Assembly: GCA_910585555.1 (NCBI GenBank)
Contig: CAJUFU010000001.1
Location: 5,895-69,894, forward strand
From: an uncultured Lachnospiraceae bacterium
Lineage (GTDB): Bacteria; Bacillota; Clostridia; Lachnospirales; Lachnospiraceae
Reading direction: 5' to 3'
Length of the DNA stretch: 64,000 bases
Part shown: positions 1 through 9,981 of the stretch, piece after piece
Layout: every line of letters starts with the position of its first letter
How positions within the stretch are numbered: position 1 is the stretch's first letter
Translations under genes and position numbers: made by a program
Notes under the pieces: generated by a model
Told to the model about the DNA's origin: nothing
Seen by the model: the letters and a program-made list of their open reading frames with translations, nothing else
Database searches by the model: none

Positions 1-1
1 T

Positions 2-1057
2 ACGGTTGAGATGACCACCCCCAATGTGTTTGCAGACAGAATTGAGTGGATGAACAAACATTTTGAGAATAGAGAGAGCATTATCTTAAGCGTACATCCT
101 CACAACGACAGAGGAACCGGTGTGGCCAGTGCGGAATTGGCTTTGCTTGCCGGTGCCGACCGTGTGGAGGGGACATTGTTTGGAAACGGTGAGAGAACCG
201 GTAATGTGGATATCTTAAACATTGCATACAATATGTTCTCACAGGGCATTGATCCGGGACTTGCAATCGAGCATGTGAACGAGAGCATTGAAATTTATGA
301 GAGATGCTGTAAGATACAGGTACATCCAAGACACCCTTATGCCGGGAAACTGGTATTTACCGCTTTCTCCGGTTCCCATCAGGATGCCATCAATAAGGGC
401 GTAAAGGCCTTGAAGGAGCGGGGAAGCGATATCTGGGAAGTGCCTTATCTGCCCATTGACCCGGCTGATATCGGCAGAGAGTATGAGCCCATCGTGCGGA
501 TTAATTCACAGTCCGGCAAGGGCGGCGTTGCTTTTATCATGGATACTTATTTTGGATTCAAACTGCCAAAGGGAATGCATAGAGAGTTTGCCAATGTGAT
601 TCAGAAGATTTCAGAGGAACAGGGAGAGGTATCGCCAGATCAGATCATGGAGAGCTTCCGGAGCGAATATCTGATGAAGAAAGAGCCCATTCATTTCCGC
701 AGGCTGCGGGTGGATGATCTGAGTGAAGAGACCGAGTCGGAGTTTGATACCAAGGTGACCGTAATCTACACGGATGCAGGCGTGGAGAAATCTTTCGAAG
801 CAGTGGGCAACGGGCCCATCGATGCGGTGAAGAGAGGACTGCAGGAAGAACTGGATATCAATATCAAAATTTTGGATTATGAAGAACATGCGCTTCAGAG
901 CGGTTCCAATTCTCAAGCGGCGGCCTATATTCATCTGTTAGATGCAGACGACGGCAGTGTAACTTACGGTGTGGGCGTCAGCTCCAATATTACAAGGGCG
1001 TCCGTGCGGGCGATTTTCTCAGCCATTAACAGGCTGGGATTGGGAGAAAGAAGGTGA
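2..1057 (+). CDS. leuA: 2-isopropylmalate synthase, C-terminal part (5' end lies outside the window)
   Basis: HPHNDRG, GNGERTGN and AFSGSHQDAI motifs; C-terminal regulatory domain (GNGPIDA, YEEHAL); frame is open from base 2. Confidence 0.95.
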   Translation, partial: TVEMTTPNVFADRIEWMNKHFENRESIILSVHPHNDRGTGVASAELALLAGADRVEGTLFGNGERTGNVDILNIAYNMFSQGIDPGLAIEHVNESIEIYERCCKIQVHPRHPYAGKLVFTAFSGSHQDAINKGVKALKERGSDIWEVPYLPIDPADIGREYEPIVRINSQSGKGGVAFIMDTYFGFKLPKGMHREFANVIQKISEEQGEVSPDQIMESFRSEYLMKKEPIHFRRLRVDDLSEETESEFDTKVTVIYTDAGVEKSFEAVGNGPIDAVKRGLQEELDINIKILDYEEHALQSGSNSQAAAYIHLLDADDGSVTYGVGVSSNITRASVRAIFSAINRLGLGERR

Positions 1058-1061
1058 AGGA

Positions 1062-1787
1062 ATGGCACAGTCAAAACAGATAGAACAGCTGAACGAGTGG
1101 ATTAAAGGTACAGATAACATCGTCTTTTTTGGCGGGGCAGGCGTATCTACAGAGAGCGGGATTCCCGATTTTCGGAGTGTGGACGGTCTGTATAATCAAC
1201 AGTATGATTATCCGCCGGAGACTATCTTAAGCCATACATTTTATCGGAGAAACCCGGCAGAGTTTTACCGCTTTTACCGCGCTAAGATGCTCTGCCTGGA
1301 TGCGAAACCAAATGCGGCCCATTTGAAATTGGCACAGTGGGAGCAGGAAGGAAAGCTTAAGGCAGTAGTGACGCAGAATATCGATGGTCTTCATCAAGCG
1401 GCTGGCAGTAAGAAAGTCTTGGAGCTTCACGGCTCAGTGCTTCGTAATTATTGTGAGTCCTGCGGTAAGTTCTATGATGCGGCGTATATTCTGCATTCCG
1501 AAGGGGTGCCTGCCTGTGAATGCGGCGGCAGCATCAAGCCGGATGTGGTTTTATATGAGGAAGGATTAAACCAGAAAACTTTAACAGATGCCATCCGCAG
1601 TATCAGCGAGGCGGATGTTCTCATTGTAGGCGGGACCTCCTTGGCCGTATATCCTGCGGCAGGGCTTTTGGACTATTATAATGGCAATAAACTTGTCTTA
1701 GTCAATAAGACGCCTACCCCCAGGGATTCCATTGCAGATTTGGTGGTACAGGGCAGTATTGGGGAGATTTTTTCTCAGCTGGATTAG
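1062..1787 (+). CDS. cobB: NAD-dependent protein deacylase (sirtuin)
   Basis: GGAGVSTESGIPDFRS, TQNIDGLH, HGS and GTSL motifs plus Zn-binding cysteines; start at ATG 1062 after a purine-rich RBS. Confidence 0.93.
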   Translation: MAQSKQIEQLNEWIKGTDNIVFFGGAGVSTESGIPDFRSVDGLYNQQYDYPPETILSHTFYRRNPAEFYRFYRAKMLCLDAKPNAAHLKLAQWEQEGKLKAVVTQNIDGLHQAAGSKKVLELHGSVLRNYCESCGKFYDAAYILHSEGVPACECGGSIKPDVVLYEEGLNQKTLTDAIRSISEADVLIVGGTSLAVYPAAGLLDYYNGNKLVLVNKTPTPRDSIADLVVQGSIGEIFSQLD

Positions 1788-1803
1788 TGCTTGGAGGACA
1801 GAC

Positions 1804-1992
1804 ATGGACATACAGGTTGGTGATATCTTAAAATTAAAAAAGCAGCATCCCTGCGGTTCCAAAGAGTGGGAGGTTTTGCGTATCGGGGCGGATTTCAGGC
1901 TGAAATGCAGGGGCTGTGGCCATCAGATCATGATTCCCCGTCCACAGGCCCAGAAGAACGTCAGGGAGATTATCCGTCCTGAGCAAAACTGA
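1804..1992 (+). CDS. DUF951-family small protein
   Basis: GDILKLKKQHPCG..W...R.GADFRLKC..CG pattern; GGAGG RBS; usual position upstream of rpsF. Confidence 0.85.
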   Translation: MDIQVGDILKLKKQHPCGSKEWEVLRIGADFRLKCRGCGHQIMIPRPQAQKNVREIIRPEQN

Positions 1993-2126
1993 GCGAATCT
2001 CCCTCAAATGTAATCAGAGGTGAACCGCAAAACGGCGCTGGATGGGAAACAGATACTTTTATGGACGATGAGGGCTGAACTGCTGCAAAATGTTGAAAAG
2101 ATGTTGGAAAAGTATGCGGAAATCTC

Positions 2127-2155
2127 TTGCACTTCCATCATAGCTGTGATATCAT
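2127..2155 (+). promoter_or_regulatory. sigmaA-type promoter of the rpsF operon
   Basis: TTGCAC-17 nt-TATCAT with TG extension. Confidence 0.5.
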
Positions 2156-2191
2156 AAATAACCGTGATATACTAATTTGGCCAAGTGCCAT

Positions 2192-2238
2192 ACATCCTTG
2201 CTCCTTCCAGGGAAGGGGCCAGAGACCAAAAGGAGGTA
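2192..2238 (+). promoter_or_regulatory. S6:S18 ribosomal protein leader (autoregulatory RNA)
   Basis: TCCTT can pair with the AAGGA of the rpsF RBS; inner stem GCTCCTTCC/GGAAGGGGC; internal loop containing CC; directly 5' of rpsF. Confidence 0.7.
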
Positions 2239-2245
2239 ACAAAGC

Positions 2246-2536
2246 ATGAACAAATATGAGTTAGCCGTTGTTGTTAGTGCAAAGATCGAAGATGACGAGC
2301 GGGCTGCTACTGTAGAGAAGGCGAAAGCTTTGGTAGAGCGGTTCGGCGGACAGATCACAAATGTTGACGACTGGGGTAAGAGAAGACTCGCATATGAAGT
2401 GCAGAAGATGAAAGAGGCTTACTATTACTTTATCCAGTTCGAGGCAGAGAGTACCGCTCCCGTCGAGATTGAAAGCCGTATCCGTATTATGGACAACGTC
2501 ATCAGATACTTGTGCGTTAGACAAGACGAGAAATAG
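2246..2536 (+). CDS. rpsF: 30S ribosomal protein S6
   Basis: KYE...WGKRRLAYEV motif; rpsF-ssb-rpsR order. Confidence 0.98.
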   Translation: MNKYELAVVVSAKIEDDERAATVEKAKALVERFGGQITNVDDWGKRRLAYEVQKMKEAYYYFIQFEAESTAPVEIESRIRIMDNVIRYLCVRQDEK

Positions 2537-2548
2537 AAAGAGGTATTT

Positions 2549-2995
2549 ATGAACAAAGTCATACTGATGGGACGTTTGACAAGAGACCCCGAGGTGAGAT
2601 ATTCTCAGGGGGAAAACGCGATGGCGATAGCCAGATACACACTGGCGGTAGATCGTAGATTCAATCGAAATAATGATGATCAGACAGCAGATTTTATAGG
2701 CTGTGTAGCATTTGGAAGAGCGGGAGAGTTTGCAGAGAAATATCTTCATAAAGGCACCAAGATTGCGGTTACCGGACGCATCCAGACAGGCAGTTATACC
2801 AATAAGGACGGCGTTAAGGTGTACACAACAGATGTGGTGGTGGAAGATCAGGAGTTTGCAGAGAGCAAGAACAGTTCTGCTGCGGCTGATGGAGGTTTTG
2901 TTCCTGCAGGAAGACCTGCCCCGGCGCCAGCGGCGGCTGGAGACGGCTTTATGAATATTCCGGATGGAATCGACGAGGAACTGCCGTTTAACTAA
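2549..2995 (+). CDS. ssb: single-stranded DNA-binding protein
   Basis: MNKVILMGRLTRDPE start and acidic ELPF tail. Confidence 0.98.
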   Translation: MNKVILMGRLTRDPEVRYSQGENAMAIARYTLAVDRRFNRNNDDQTADFIGCVAFGRAGEFAEKYLHKGTKIAVTGRIQTGSYTNKDGVKVYTTDVVVEDQEFAESKNSSAAADGGFVPAGRPAPAPAAAGDGFMNIPDGIDEELPFN

Positions 2996-3018
2996 AGTTA
3001 TTTGCGAGGCAAATTACT
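2996..3018. repeat. REP-like hairpin (variant of unit Y)
   Basis: AGTTATTTGC-GAG-GCAAATTACT; same frame as GTTAATTCC-GAA-GGAATTTAC with compensatory changes. Confidence 0.45.
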
Positions 3019-3039
3019 CTTTTATAGGAGGTAAACATC

Positions 3040-3300
3040 ATGGCATTTAATAAAACAGACAGGCCGGATTTCCCTAAGAAAAAGGGCGGGATGCGCAGAA
3101 GAAAGAAAGTATGCGTGTTCTGTGGTAAAGATAATGTAATTGATTATAAAGATACCAACAAGCTGAAAAGATATGTATCTGAGAGAGGTAAAATCCTTCC
3201 CAGAAGAATCACCGGAAACTGCGCAAAGCATCAGAGGGCTCTCACGGTAGCGATCAAACGTGCAAGACATGTAGCGCTTATGCCTTACGTGCAGGATTAA
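3040..3300 (+). CDS. rpsR: 30S ribosomal protein S18
   Basis: [20 protein letters not shown] motif. Confidence 0.98.
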   Translation: MAFNKTDRPDFPKKKGGMRRRKKVCVFCGKDNVIDYKDTNKLKRYVSERGKILPRRITGNCAKHQRALTVAIKRARHVALMPYVQD

Positions 3301-3315
3301 GATTCCAGATCAAAG

Positions 3316-3350
3316 AAGACCAATGGACGAAGGGTTCCATTGGTCTTTTT
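3316..3350 (+). terminator. intrinsic terminator after rpsR
   Basis: AAGACCAATGGA/TCCATTGGTCTT stem followed by a T run. Confidence 0.85.
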
Positions 3351-3518
3351 CAATATCCTGTCATTTTCCTGCGAAAAAGGTCTATATATTGGTGTGGCAG
3401 TATCTTACAAAAAATGATATACTTATGTTAGTATTATCCATAAGGAATAAATGTTTTGTGATATAGAAGAATTCCTGGTGGTAATCGGGCAGAGCCCCGG
3501 TTAGGGTAAGAGGTTAAG

Positions 3519-5573
3519 ATGAAGAACAATGTGAGATTAAAGGGAAGACTGAAATCCTATCTGCAGTCGTCTTTATATTTGGGATTTCTGTTAATGGCAG
3601 TAGACGTTCTGATCTATTTGATTGATTATAGAGCAGGACTTGTTTTGAGTGCCTTTTTGATTCTGTATTTTGCGATTATATTATCTATGATGTTCTACAA
3701 TAAGCCCATCATCATGAATGAGCTGATCAGCTTTGCGACCCAGTATGGACAGATTCAAAGAAGACTTTTAAGGGATTTGGAGCTCCCTCATGCATTACTT
3801 GATGATAATGGAAAGATTATCTGGACGAATATTGCGTTTGAACGCCTGGTTCATCAGGAAAAGGGATACCGCAGGTCCGTCACTTCCCTTTTTCCTTCCA
3901 TTACAAAGGACAAGCTGCCTGGTATCAACGAGGAGGATGAGGTTGAATTTGATGTGGAATATGAGGCTGGCAATTATATTGCGAAGCTCAAAAAGATTTC
4001 CCTCAAAGAGATGGCTTTAAACAGTGATATCATAGAGGCGAAAGGGTATGATGGATACCTGATCGCGATGTATTTGTTTGACGAGACGGCTCTTAAGATT
4101 GCCTTGAAAGAAGTGGATGATCAATCTCTGGCTGTGGGGCTTATCTATCTGGATAATTATGAGGAAGCCCTTGAGAGCGTGGAGGAAGTCAGACGGTCTT
4201 TGTTGATTGCATTGATTGACCGTAAGGTGAATAAATATATTGCCGCCATGGACGGCATCTGTAAGAAGCTTGAAAAGGACAAATATTTGGTTATTATGCG
4301 CAAACAGGCGGTGGCACAGCTGCAGGAGAGCCGGTTCGATCTTTTAGAAGATGTGAAGACTGTCAATATCGGCAATGAGATGGCTGTCACCATCAGTATC
4401 GGCATGGGGTTAAATGGTCTCACATATGCGCAGAATTATGAGTTTGCCAGAAATGCCATTGATATTGCCTTAGGGCGGGGCGGTGACCAGGCTGTGGTGA
4501 AGGTGCCGGAGAATGTGATTTATTATGGCGGTAAGAGCCAGCAGATGGAGAAGAGCACCCGTGTGAAAGCCCGCGTGAAAGCCCATGCGCTCAAGGAAAT
4601 TATTTCCGTGAAGGACGATGTGTATGTCATGGGACACCGGATAGGCGATGTGGACAGTTTCGGTGCCTCTGTGGGTATCTACCGGATTGCCAAGACAATG
4701 GAAAAGAAGGCCCATATTGTATTGAATGATGTGACTTCTTCCATGCAGCCTATGGTAGAGATGTTTTTGGACAATGACGAATACGATGACGATATGATCA
4801 TCAATAACATGCAGGCTCTTGAGATGGTGGGCAACAATGCGGTCCTGGTGGTAGTGGATGTGAATAAGCCAAGTATCACAGAGTGTCCGGAATTGTTAAA
4901 GCGCTGTAAGTCTGTGGTGGTGTTGGATCATCACAGGCAGGGAACCGAGATCATAGAAAATGCCACCTTATCTTACATAGAGGCTTACGCTTCTTCGGCT
5001 TGTGAAATGGTATCCGAGATTCTGCAGTATATTAGTGATGATTTGAAACTGCGATCGGAAGAAGCAGACTGTATGTATTCGGGCATAATGATTGATACCA
5101 ATAATTTCATGACCAAGACAGGGGTCAGGACCTTTGAGGCGGCAGCTTTCCTGCGAAGAAACGGTGCGGATGTGACCCGTGTCAGGAAAATCTTCCGGGA
5201 CGATGCGGCAGAGTATAAGGCAAAGGCAGATGCGGTCAGTCAGGCGGAGATTTACAGGGATTCTTATGCCATATCCGTCTGTACCGGAGTGGATGTGGCC
5301 AGCCCAACAGTAGTGGGCGCGCAGGCGGCCAATGAGCTTTTGAATATAAAAGGAATTAAGGCCAGCTTTATTTTGACGCCCTATAATGGGATTATTTATG
5401 TGAGCGCGCGTTCCATTGATGAGGTGAATGTTCAAGTGGTCATGGAAAGAATGGGCGGCGGCGGTCATTTGAATATAGCTGGGGCGCAGCTTGAAAATGG
5501 TACGCTGGAAGAAGGCATTGTGATGATTAAGAGGACGCTGGATACGATGATAGCGGAAGGAGAACTTGCTTAG
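3519..5573 (+). CDS. gdpP: cyclic-di-AMP phosphodiesterase GdpP/YybT (TM, PAS, degenerate GGDEF, DHH/DHHA1)
   Basis: Two N-terminal TM helices; ALGRGGDQ, VLDHHR and GGGGH motifs; upstream of rplI-dnaB. Confidence 0.93.
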   Translation: MKNNVRLKGRLKSYLQSSLYLGFLLMAVDVLIYLIDYRAGLVLSAFLILYFAIILSMMFYNKPIIMNELISFATQYGQIQRRLLRDLELPHALLDDNGKIIWTNIAFERLVHQEKGYRRSVTSLFPSITKDKLPGINEEDEVEFDVEYEAGNYIAKLKKISLKEMALNSDIIEAKGYDGYLIAMYLFDETALKIALKEVDDQSLAVGLIYLDNYEEALESVEEVRRSLLIALIDRKVNKYIAAMDGICKKLEKDKYLVIMRKQAVAQLQESRFDLLEDVKTVNIGNEMAVTISIGMGLNGLTYAQNYEFARNAIDIALGRGGDQAVVKVPENVIYYGGKSQQMEKSTRVKARVKAHALKEIISVKDDVYVMGHRIGDVDSFGASVGIYRIAKTMEKKAHIVLNDVTSSMQPMVEMFLDNDEYDDDMIINNMQALEMVGNNAVLVVVDVNKPSITECPELLKRCKSVVVLDHHRQGTEIIENATLSYIEAYASSACEMVSEILQYISDDLKLRSEEADCMYSGIMIDTNNFMTKTGVRTFEAAAFLRRNGADVTRVRKIFRDDAAEYKAKADAVSQAEIYRDSYAISVCTGVDVASPTVVGAQAANELLNIKGIKASFILTPYNGIIYVSARSIDEVNVQVVMERMGGGGHLNIAGAQLENGTLEEGIVMIKRTLDTMIAEGELA

Positions 5574-5638
5574 GACAAGCTTTCTGAGAATGCTGATATA
5601 GAAGGAAAGACGGGGCAGGAAAGGAGTATATTGTACAG

Positions 5639-6088
5639 ATGAAAGTTATTTTGTTGGAGGATGTAAAATCTCTGGGTAAAAAAGGTGAGATTGTAAATGT
5701 CAGTGACGGATATGCAAGGAATTTTGTATTGCCGAAAAAGCTTGGTGTAGAAGCCAATGCAAAGAATATGAATGATTTGAAACTTCAGAAGGCGAATGCC
5801 GATAAGGTAGCTCAGGAGCAGTTGGAAGCGGCCCAGGAACTGGCAAAGGTTTTGGAGACCAAAGAAGTGGTGCTTAAGATGAAATCCGGCGAAGGCGGTA
5901 AGGCCTTTGGTTCTGTATCTTCTAAAGAAATCGCCCAGGCGGCTAAGGAGCAGTGCGGTCTGGAACTGGATAAGAAAAAGATTCAGCTTCCCGAGGCAAT
6001 CAAGGCGCTTGGTGTCTATGAGGTGGGCGTAAAACTGCACACAAAAGTGACAGGCAAGTTAAGGGTCAAAGTAATAGAAGAAGCGTAG
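5639..6088 (+). CDS. rplI: 50S ribosomal protein L9
   Basis: MKVILLEDVKSLGKKG..V.V..GYARN motif. Confidence 0.98.
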   Translation: MKVILLEDVKSLGKKGEIVNVSDGYARNFVLPKKLGVEANAKNMNDLKLQKANADKVAQEQLEAAQELAKVLETKEVVLKMKSGEGGKAFGSVSSKEIAQAAKEQCGLELDKKKIQLPEAIKALGVYEVGVKLHTKVTGKLRVKVIEEA

Positions 6089-6098
6089 GTGGCAGACA

Positions 6099-7430
6099 TT
6101 GGAGGAAGCGTTACTTAAGAGAATCCTGCCCCACAGCATGGAGGCGGAACAGTCTGTCATTGGTGCCATGATCATGGACAGGGAAGCCATTGTGATTGCC
6201 GCCGAGATTGTGCTGGGAGAGGATTTTTACAACAAACAGTATGGCACCCTCTTCGACACCATGGTGGAATTAAACGATGAGGGAAAACCAGTAGATTTGG
6301 TCACTTTGCAGGACAGGCTCAAGGAAAAGGATGTGCCGCCGGAGGTGAGCAGTCTGGAATTTATCCGCGATCTGATCACCGCGGTGCCAACCTCCGCAAA
6401 TATCAAATACTATGCTAATATTGTATCAGAGAAGGCTACCTTGCGGCGGTTGATTCGTCTCAATGAAGAGATTGCCAATACCTGTTATGTAGGAAAAGAA
6501 AGCCTGGAAGTGATTCTGGAAGATACAGAGAAGCGGGTATTTGACCTGGTACAGAGAAGGAACAGCGACGAGTTTGTTCCGATCAGGCAGATTGTTATGA
6601 ACGCTATGGACAATATCGAGCGGGCATCACATAATAAAGGCAATGTCACAGGTGTGGCTACCGGCTTTTTGGACTTGGATTATAAGACTGCCGGTATGCA
6701 GCCTTCCGACCTGATTTTGGTTGCGGCAAGACCTTCCATGGGTAAGACGGCTTTTGTCTTAAATGTGGCTGAATATGTGGCCTTTAAGCAGAATAAGACG
6801 GTGGCAATCTTTAGTTTGGAAATGTCCAAGGAGCAGTTGGTCAATCGACTTTTTTCCATGGAGTCCAGGGTGGATTCCCAGCATCTTAGAACCGGTAATC
6901 TTTCGGATGTAGAATGGGAGAAACTGATTGAGAGTGCGGCGGTAATCGGTAAATCCAATTTGATTATTGATGATACGCCTGGTATCAGTATTTCAGAGAT
7001 GCGTTCCAAGTGCCGTAAATATAAACTGGAACATAATCTGGAAATGATCATCATTGACTATCTGCAGTTAATGTCAGGCAGCGGAAGATCTACAGACTCC
7101 AGGCAACAGGAGATTTCAGATATTTCCCGTTCCCTGAAAGCATTGGCCAGAGAACTGCGCGTGCCGGTCATTGCGCTCTCTCAGCTGTCACGAGCGGTGG
7201 AACAGAGACCCGATCACAGACCTATGCTCTCTGACCTGCGTGAGTCAGGTGCTATCGAGCAGGACGCTGATGTGGTCATGTTTATTTACCGGGATGACTA
7301 TTATAATAAAGATACGGAAAAGAAAGGAATTGCAGAGATTATTATTGCGAAACAGAGAAACGGTCCGATCGGCACAGTGGAATTGGTTTGGCTGCCAGAT
7401 TATACGAAATTCGCAAATTTGCAGAAATAA
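6099..7430 (+). CDS. dnaB: replicative DNA helicase
   Basis: AARPSMGKT Walker A; IDYLQL and DLRESGAIEQDAD motifs. Confidence 0.97.
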   Translation: MEEALLKRILPHSMEAEQSVIGAMIMDREAIVIAAEIVLGEDFYNKQYGTLFDTMVELNDEGKPVDLVTLQDRLKEKDVPPEVSSLEFIRDLITAVPTSANIKYYANIVSEKATLRRLIRLNEEIANTCYVGKESLEVILEDTEKRVFDLVQRRNSDEFVPIRQIVMNAMDNIERASHNKGNVTGVATGFLDLDYKTAGMQPSDLILVAARPSMGKTAFVLNVAEYVAFKQNKTVAIFSLEMSKEQLVNRLFSMESRVDSQHLRTGNLSDVEWEKLIESAAVIGKSNLIIDDTPGISISEMRSKCRKYKLEHNLEMIIIDYLQLMSGSGRSTDSRQQEISDISRSLKALARELRVPVIALSQLSRAVEQRPDHRPMLSDLRESGAIEQDADVVMFIYRDDYYNKDTEKKGIAEIIIAKQRNGPIGTVELVWLPDYTKFANLQK

Positions 7431-7450
7431 AACAGAAACAAGATATACTT

Positions 7451-7489
7451 ACAAAAGAGACGAGCCGAAAGCGGCGGCGTCTCTTTTGT
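7451..7489 (+). terminator. terminator hairpin after dnaB
   Basis: ACAAAAGAGACG...CGTCTCTTTTGT inverted repeat. Confidence 0.7.
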
Positions 7490-7531
7490 CATGATAACGG
7501 AAGCATTGGCAGGCGGTATAGAGAAAGGGGA

Positions 7532-8257
7532 ATGAAGATGGGAGAAAACACAATTTATTACATATCGGAGGCGGCGAAGAAGGTGCAGGTGGAGGCCCAT
7601 GTCCTTCGTTATTGGGAAGACGAACTAAAACTGAGGATTAAGCGCAATGAAATGGGGCATCGCTGTTACTCTCAGGAAGATATTGAGCGTCTGCAGCAGA
7701 TTAAGCTTTTGAAAGAACAGGGGCTGCAGTTAAAAGCAATACGGACAGTGCTTTTTGAAAACGGCGCGGCGGAGACGAAAAGCGATGCAGAGAATGTGGT
7801 AAAGATAAATAATGGAGGAAATATGGACGTTATGGAAGATGTGACAAATATGGAACAGAAAGTAGAAGACATGGTCATGAAGAAGGCACAGAAATATATG
7901 GTTACTCTTTCTAAAGGGAAAGAGCCGATCATAGAGACACCGAGAGAAAAAGTCTCAGAATACAACGTACAAGAGGAAATGGACAAGACACAGAAAGCCG
8001 CAAGGCTGCAATACCTTTTACAGCACATGATCACTGAGGCTGTCAAAAGTGCCAATCAGGAGATGTGTACGGAGATTAAAGAGAGCATCCTAAAAGAGTT
8101 AGATTACCAGTTTAGACAGCAGGAAGAGCGGGATGAGGAGCACTGGAAACAAGAGGAAGAGCATTACCGTAAGATTGATGAGATGATCAGACAAAGACAC
8201 CTGCCGAAAGAAAAGCTGCCTAAAGGCAAAAGAAAATCCCCTATCAACCTGGGATAG
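7532..8257 (+). CDS. MerR-type HTH protein with C-terminal coiled coil
   Basis: YISEAAKKV...LRYWE...RNEMGHRCY MerR HTH; start set at ATG 7532 after GAAAGGGG. Confidence 0.85.
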   Translation: MKMGENTIYYISEAAKKVQVEAHVLRYWEDELKLRIKRNEMGHRCYSQEDIERLQQIKLLKEQGLQLKAIRTVLFENGAAETKSDAENVVKINNGGNMDVMEDVTNMEQKVEDMVMKKAQKYMVTLSKGKEPIIETPREKVSEYNVQEEMDKTQKAARLQYLLQHMITEAVKSANQEMCTEIKESILKELDYQFRQQEERDEEHWKQEEEHYRKIDEMIRQRHLPKEKLPKGKRKSPINLG

Positions 8258-8263
8258 GGGATT
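8235..8263. terminator. bidirectional terminator between convergent genes
   Basis: AATCCCCTATC/GATAGGGGATT stem. Confidence 0.7.
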
Positions 8264-8272
8264 GTAGGTTTA

Positions 8273-8443
8273 TTAACCCTGAGAGATAGAACCTGTCGGG
8301 CAAACACCTGCGCAGGAACCGCAATCGATGCACTTATCAGGATCAATCTCGAATTTGCCATCACCCATGCTGATAGCGCCTACCGGACACTGAGATTCAC
8401 ATGCACCACATGATACACAAGCGTCACTGATTACATATGCCAT
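8273..8443 (-). CDS. 2[4Fe-4S] clostridial-type ferredoxin (56 aa)
   Basis: Two CxxCxxCxxxCP motifs; AGGAGG RBS before MAYVIS. Confidence 0.96.
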   Translation of the reverse strand: MAYVISDACVSCGACESQCPVGAISMGDGKFEIDPDKCIDCGSCAGVCPTGSISQG

Positions 8444-8597
8444 AATAATTATCCTCCTTGCATATAAGACTGTTTGAAATTGATATATCTTTATCAATTA
8501 CCTACATCTTATTCTAATATAAATGCAGTAAATATACAAGGGTAAAGTGTGAAGAAAGGGCCGCATAATTGCTTATTTCCATATTCTGTCGAGCTGC

Positions 8598-9374
8598 TTA
8601 TTCTGCGTGATGATTTTGGATACCAAGCTCCTCTCTGCGCTTACGTATACCGTCCAAAATAACCTTCTTTTTCTCCACAAGTTTACTCTTATCCATCTGC
8701 GGAACACCGGCCAGTTTGTATTTCATGCCCAGTTTCTCGTATTTGGATTCTCCCATGGTGTGATAGGGGAGTGCATCCAGCGCTTTTAAATTGGTGAAAG
8801 CGCCGATAAAGTAGCCAAGTTGATAGAGATATTTGTCATCGTCTGTAAGGCCAGGAACAATTACGTGGCGAATCCACATGTCCACGTGCTTTTCATTAAG
8901 ATATTCTGCAAAGGCAAGTATGCCGTCGTTGGGCTGAGAGGTAAGCTCCTTGTGCTTCTCCGGATCGATATGTTTGATATCAAGCATAACCAAATCCGTT
9001 AACGTCATCAGTTTGTCCAATTTAGCCAGCCATTCAGGGTTGGCATTCTTCTTATAGGCGATACCTGAGGAATCGATACAGGTATGCACGTTATTTGCCT
9101 TGGCGATGGTGAACAAATCAATCAAGAAGTCCACCTGCATCAAAGGCTCGCCGCCAGTAACTGTGATGCCGCCGCCCTTGTAAAAAGCCTCGTTTCGTTT
9201 GTATTGTTCAAAAATATATTCCGGTTCCATCAATGTGCCGCCGTTCATCTCCCAGGTGTCGGGATTATGACAGTAGGCGCACCGCATAGGACAACCCTGA
9301 ACGAAGACCACAAAACGCGTACCCGGTCCGTCTACGGTGCCAAAACTTTCTAAGGAATGTATTCTTCCCTGCAT
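8598..9374 (-). CDS. pflA: pyruvate formate-lyase activating enzyme (radical SAM)
   Basis: GTVDGPG.R and GCPMRCAYCHNPDT (CxxxCxxC) motifs; GGEPL. Confidence 0.97.
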   Translation of the reverse strand: MQGRIHSLESFGTVDGPGTRFVVFVQGCPMRCAYCHNPDTWEMNGGTLMEPEYIFEQYKRNEAFYKGGGITVTGGEPLMQVDFLIDLFTIAKANNVHTCIDSSGIAYKKNANPEWLAKLDKLMTLTDLVMLDIKHIDPEKHKELTSQPNDGILAFAEYLNEKHVDMWIRHVIVPGLTDDDKYLYQLGYFIGAFTNLKALDALPYHTMGESKYEKLGMKYKLAGVPQMDKSKLVEKKKVILDGIRKRREELGIQNHHAE

Positions 9375-9552
9375 ATTGATACCCTGCCTTTCTACTGTTT
9401 TACTAACATTAGTATACTCCTTATACAGATAAAAAACTAGACAATCCGTAATTTAGGCCTAAATAATATCAACACATAAACAAAAAAGGAGCCAACCGGA
9501 AAACCGGTCAGCCCCTCAAAAAATCGCTTAGGTTACTTTTCAAATTACCAAG

Positions 9553-9664
9553 CCGAGCCCGCAAAGCGGTACTCCAAAAGTAAATTGTGAAATGACTTTG
9601 ACATTCACTATACCGAGCCCGCAAAAGCGGTGCTCGAGAGGTTAATTCCGAAGGAATTTACCTC
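9553..9664. repeat. REP-like cluster (two X units, one Y unit) 3' of the glycyl-radical gene
   Basis: CCGAGCCCGCAAA(A)GCGGTRCTC at 9553 and 9613; GAGGTTAATTCCGAAGGAATTTACCTC at 9638. Confidence 0.75.
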
Positions 9665-9666
9665 AC

Positions 9667-9906
9667 TTATACACTCTCATGGAATGTACGAGAAATAACG
9701 TCTGCCTGCTGTTCCGGTGTTAATTTGATGAAGTTAACTGCATAACCGGATACGCGGATTGTCAACTGAGGATAATTCTCAGGATGCTTCTGAGCATCTA
9801 ATAAAGTATCTCTGTTGAGCACGTTAACGTTAAGGTGATGGCCGCCTTTTGTTGCATAACCATCTAATAAAGAAACTAAGTTATCTACCTGAGCATTTGC
9901 TGCCAT
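9667..9906 (-). CDS. stand-alone glycyl-radical domain of PFL (GrcA-like, 79 aa)
   Basis: [15 protein letters not shown]...[24 protein letters not shown] equals the PFL C-terminus; own AGGAGG RBS. Confidence 0.95.
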   Translation of the reverse strand: MAANAQVDNLVSLLDGYATKGGHHLNVNVLNRDTLLDAQKHPENYPQLTIRVSGYAVNFIKLTPEQQADVISRTFHESV

Positions 9907-9981
9907 TGTTTTGTCCTCCTATAATATCTTTTATTATTGCATTGAATTATATACTCGCTCATAATTTCTCATGGCGTAGTA

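Noticed and set aside
1062..1787. Sir2 protein as an anti-phage NADase
   Set aside because: Compact housekeeping CobB-type deacylase with a Zn site in a core neighbourhood; no defence partners
7388..7531. N-terminal extension of the MerR ORF in the ORF track
   Set aside because: Overlaps dnaB and a terminator hairpin; the RBS supports ATG 7532 or 7538
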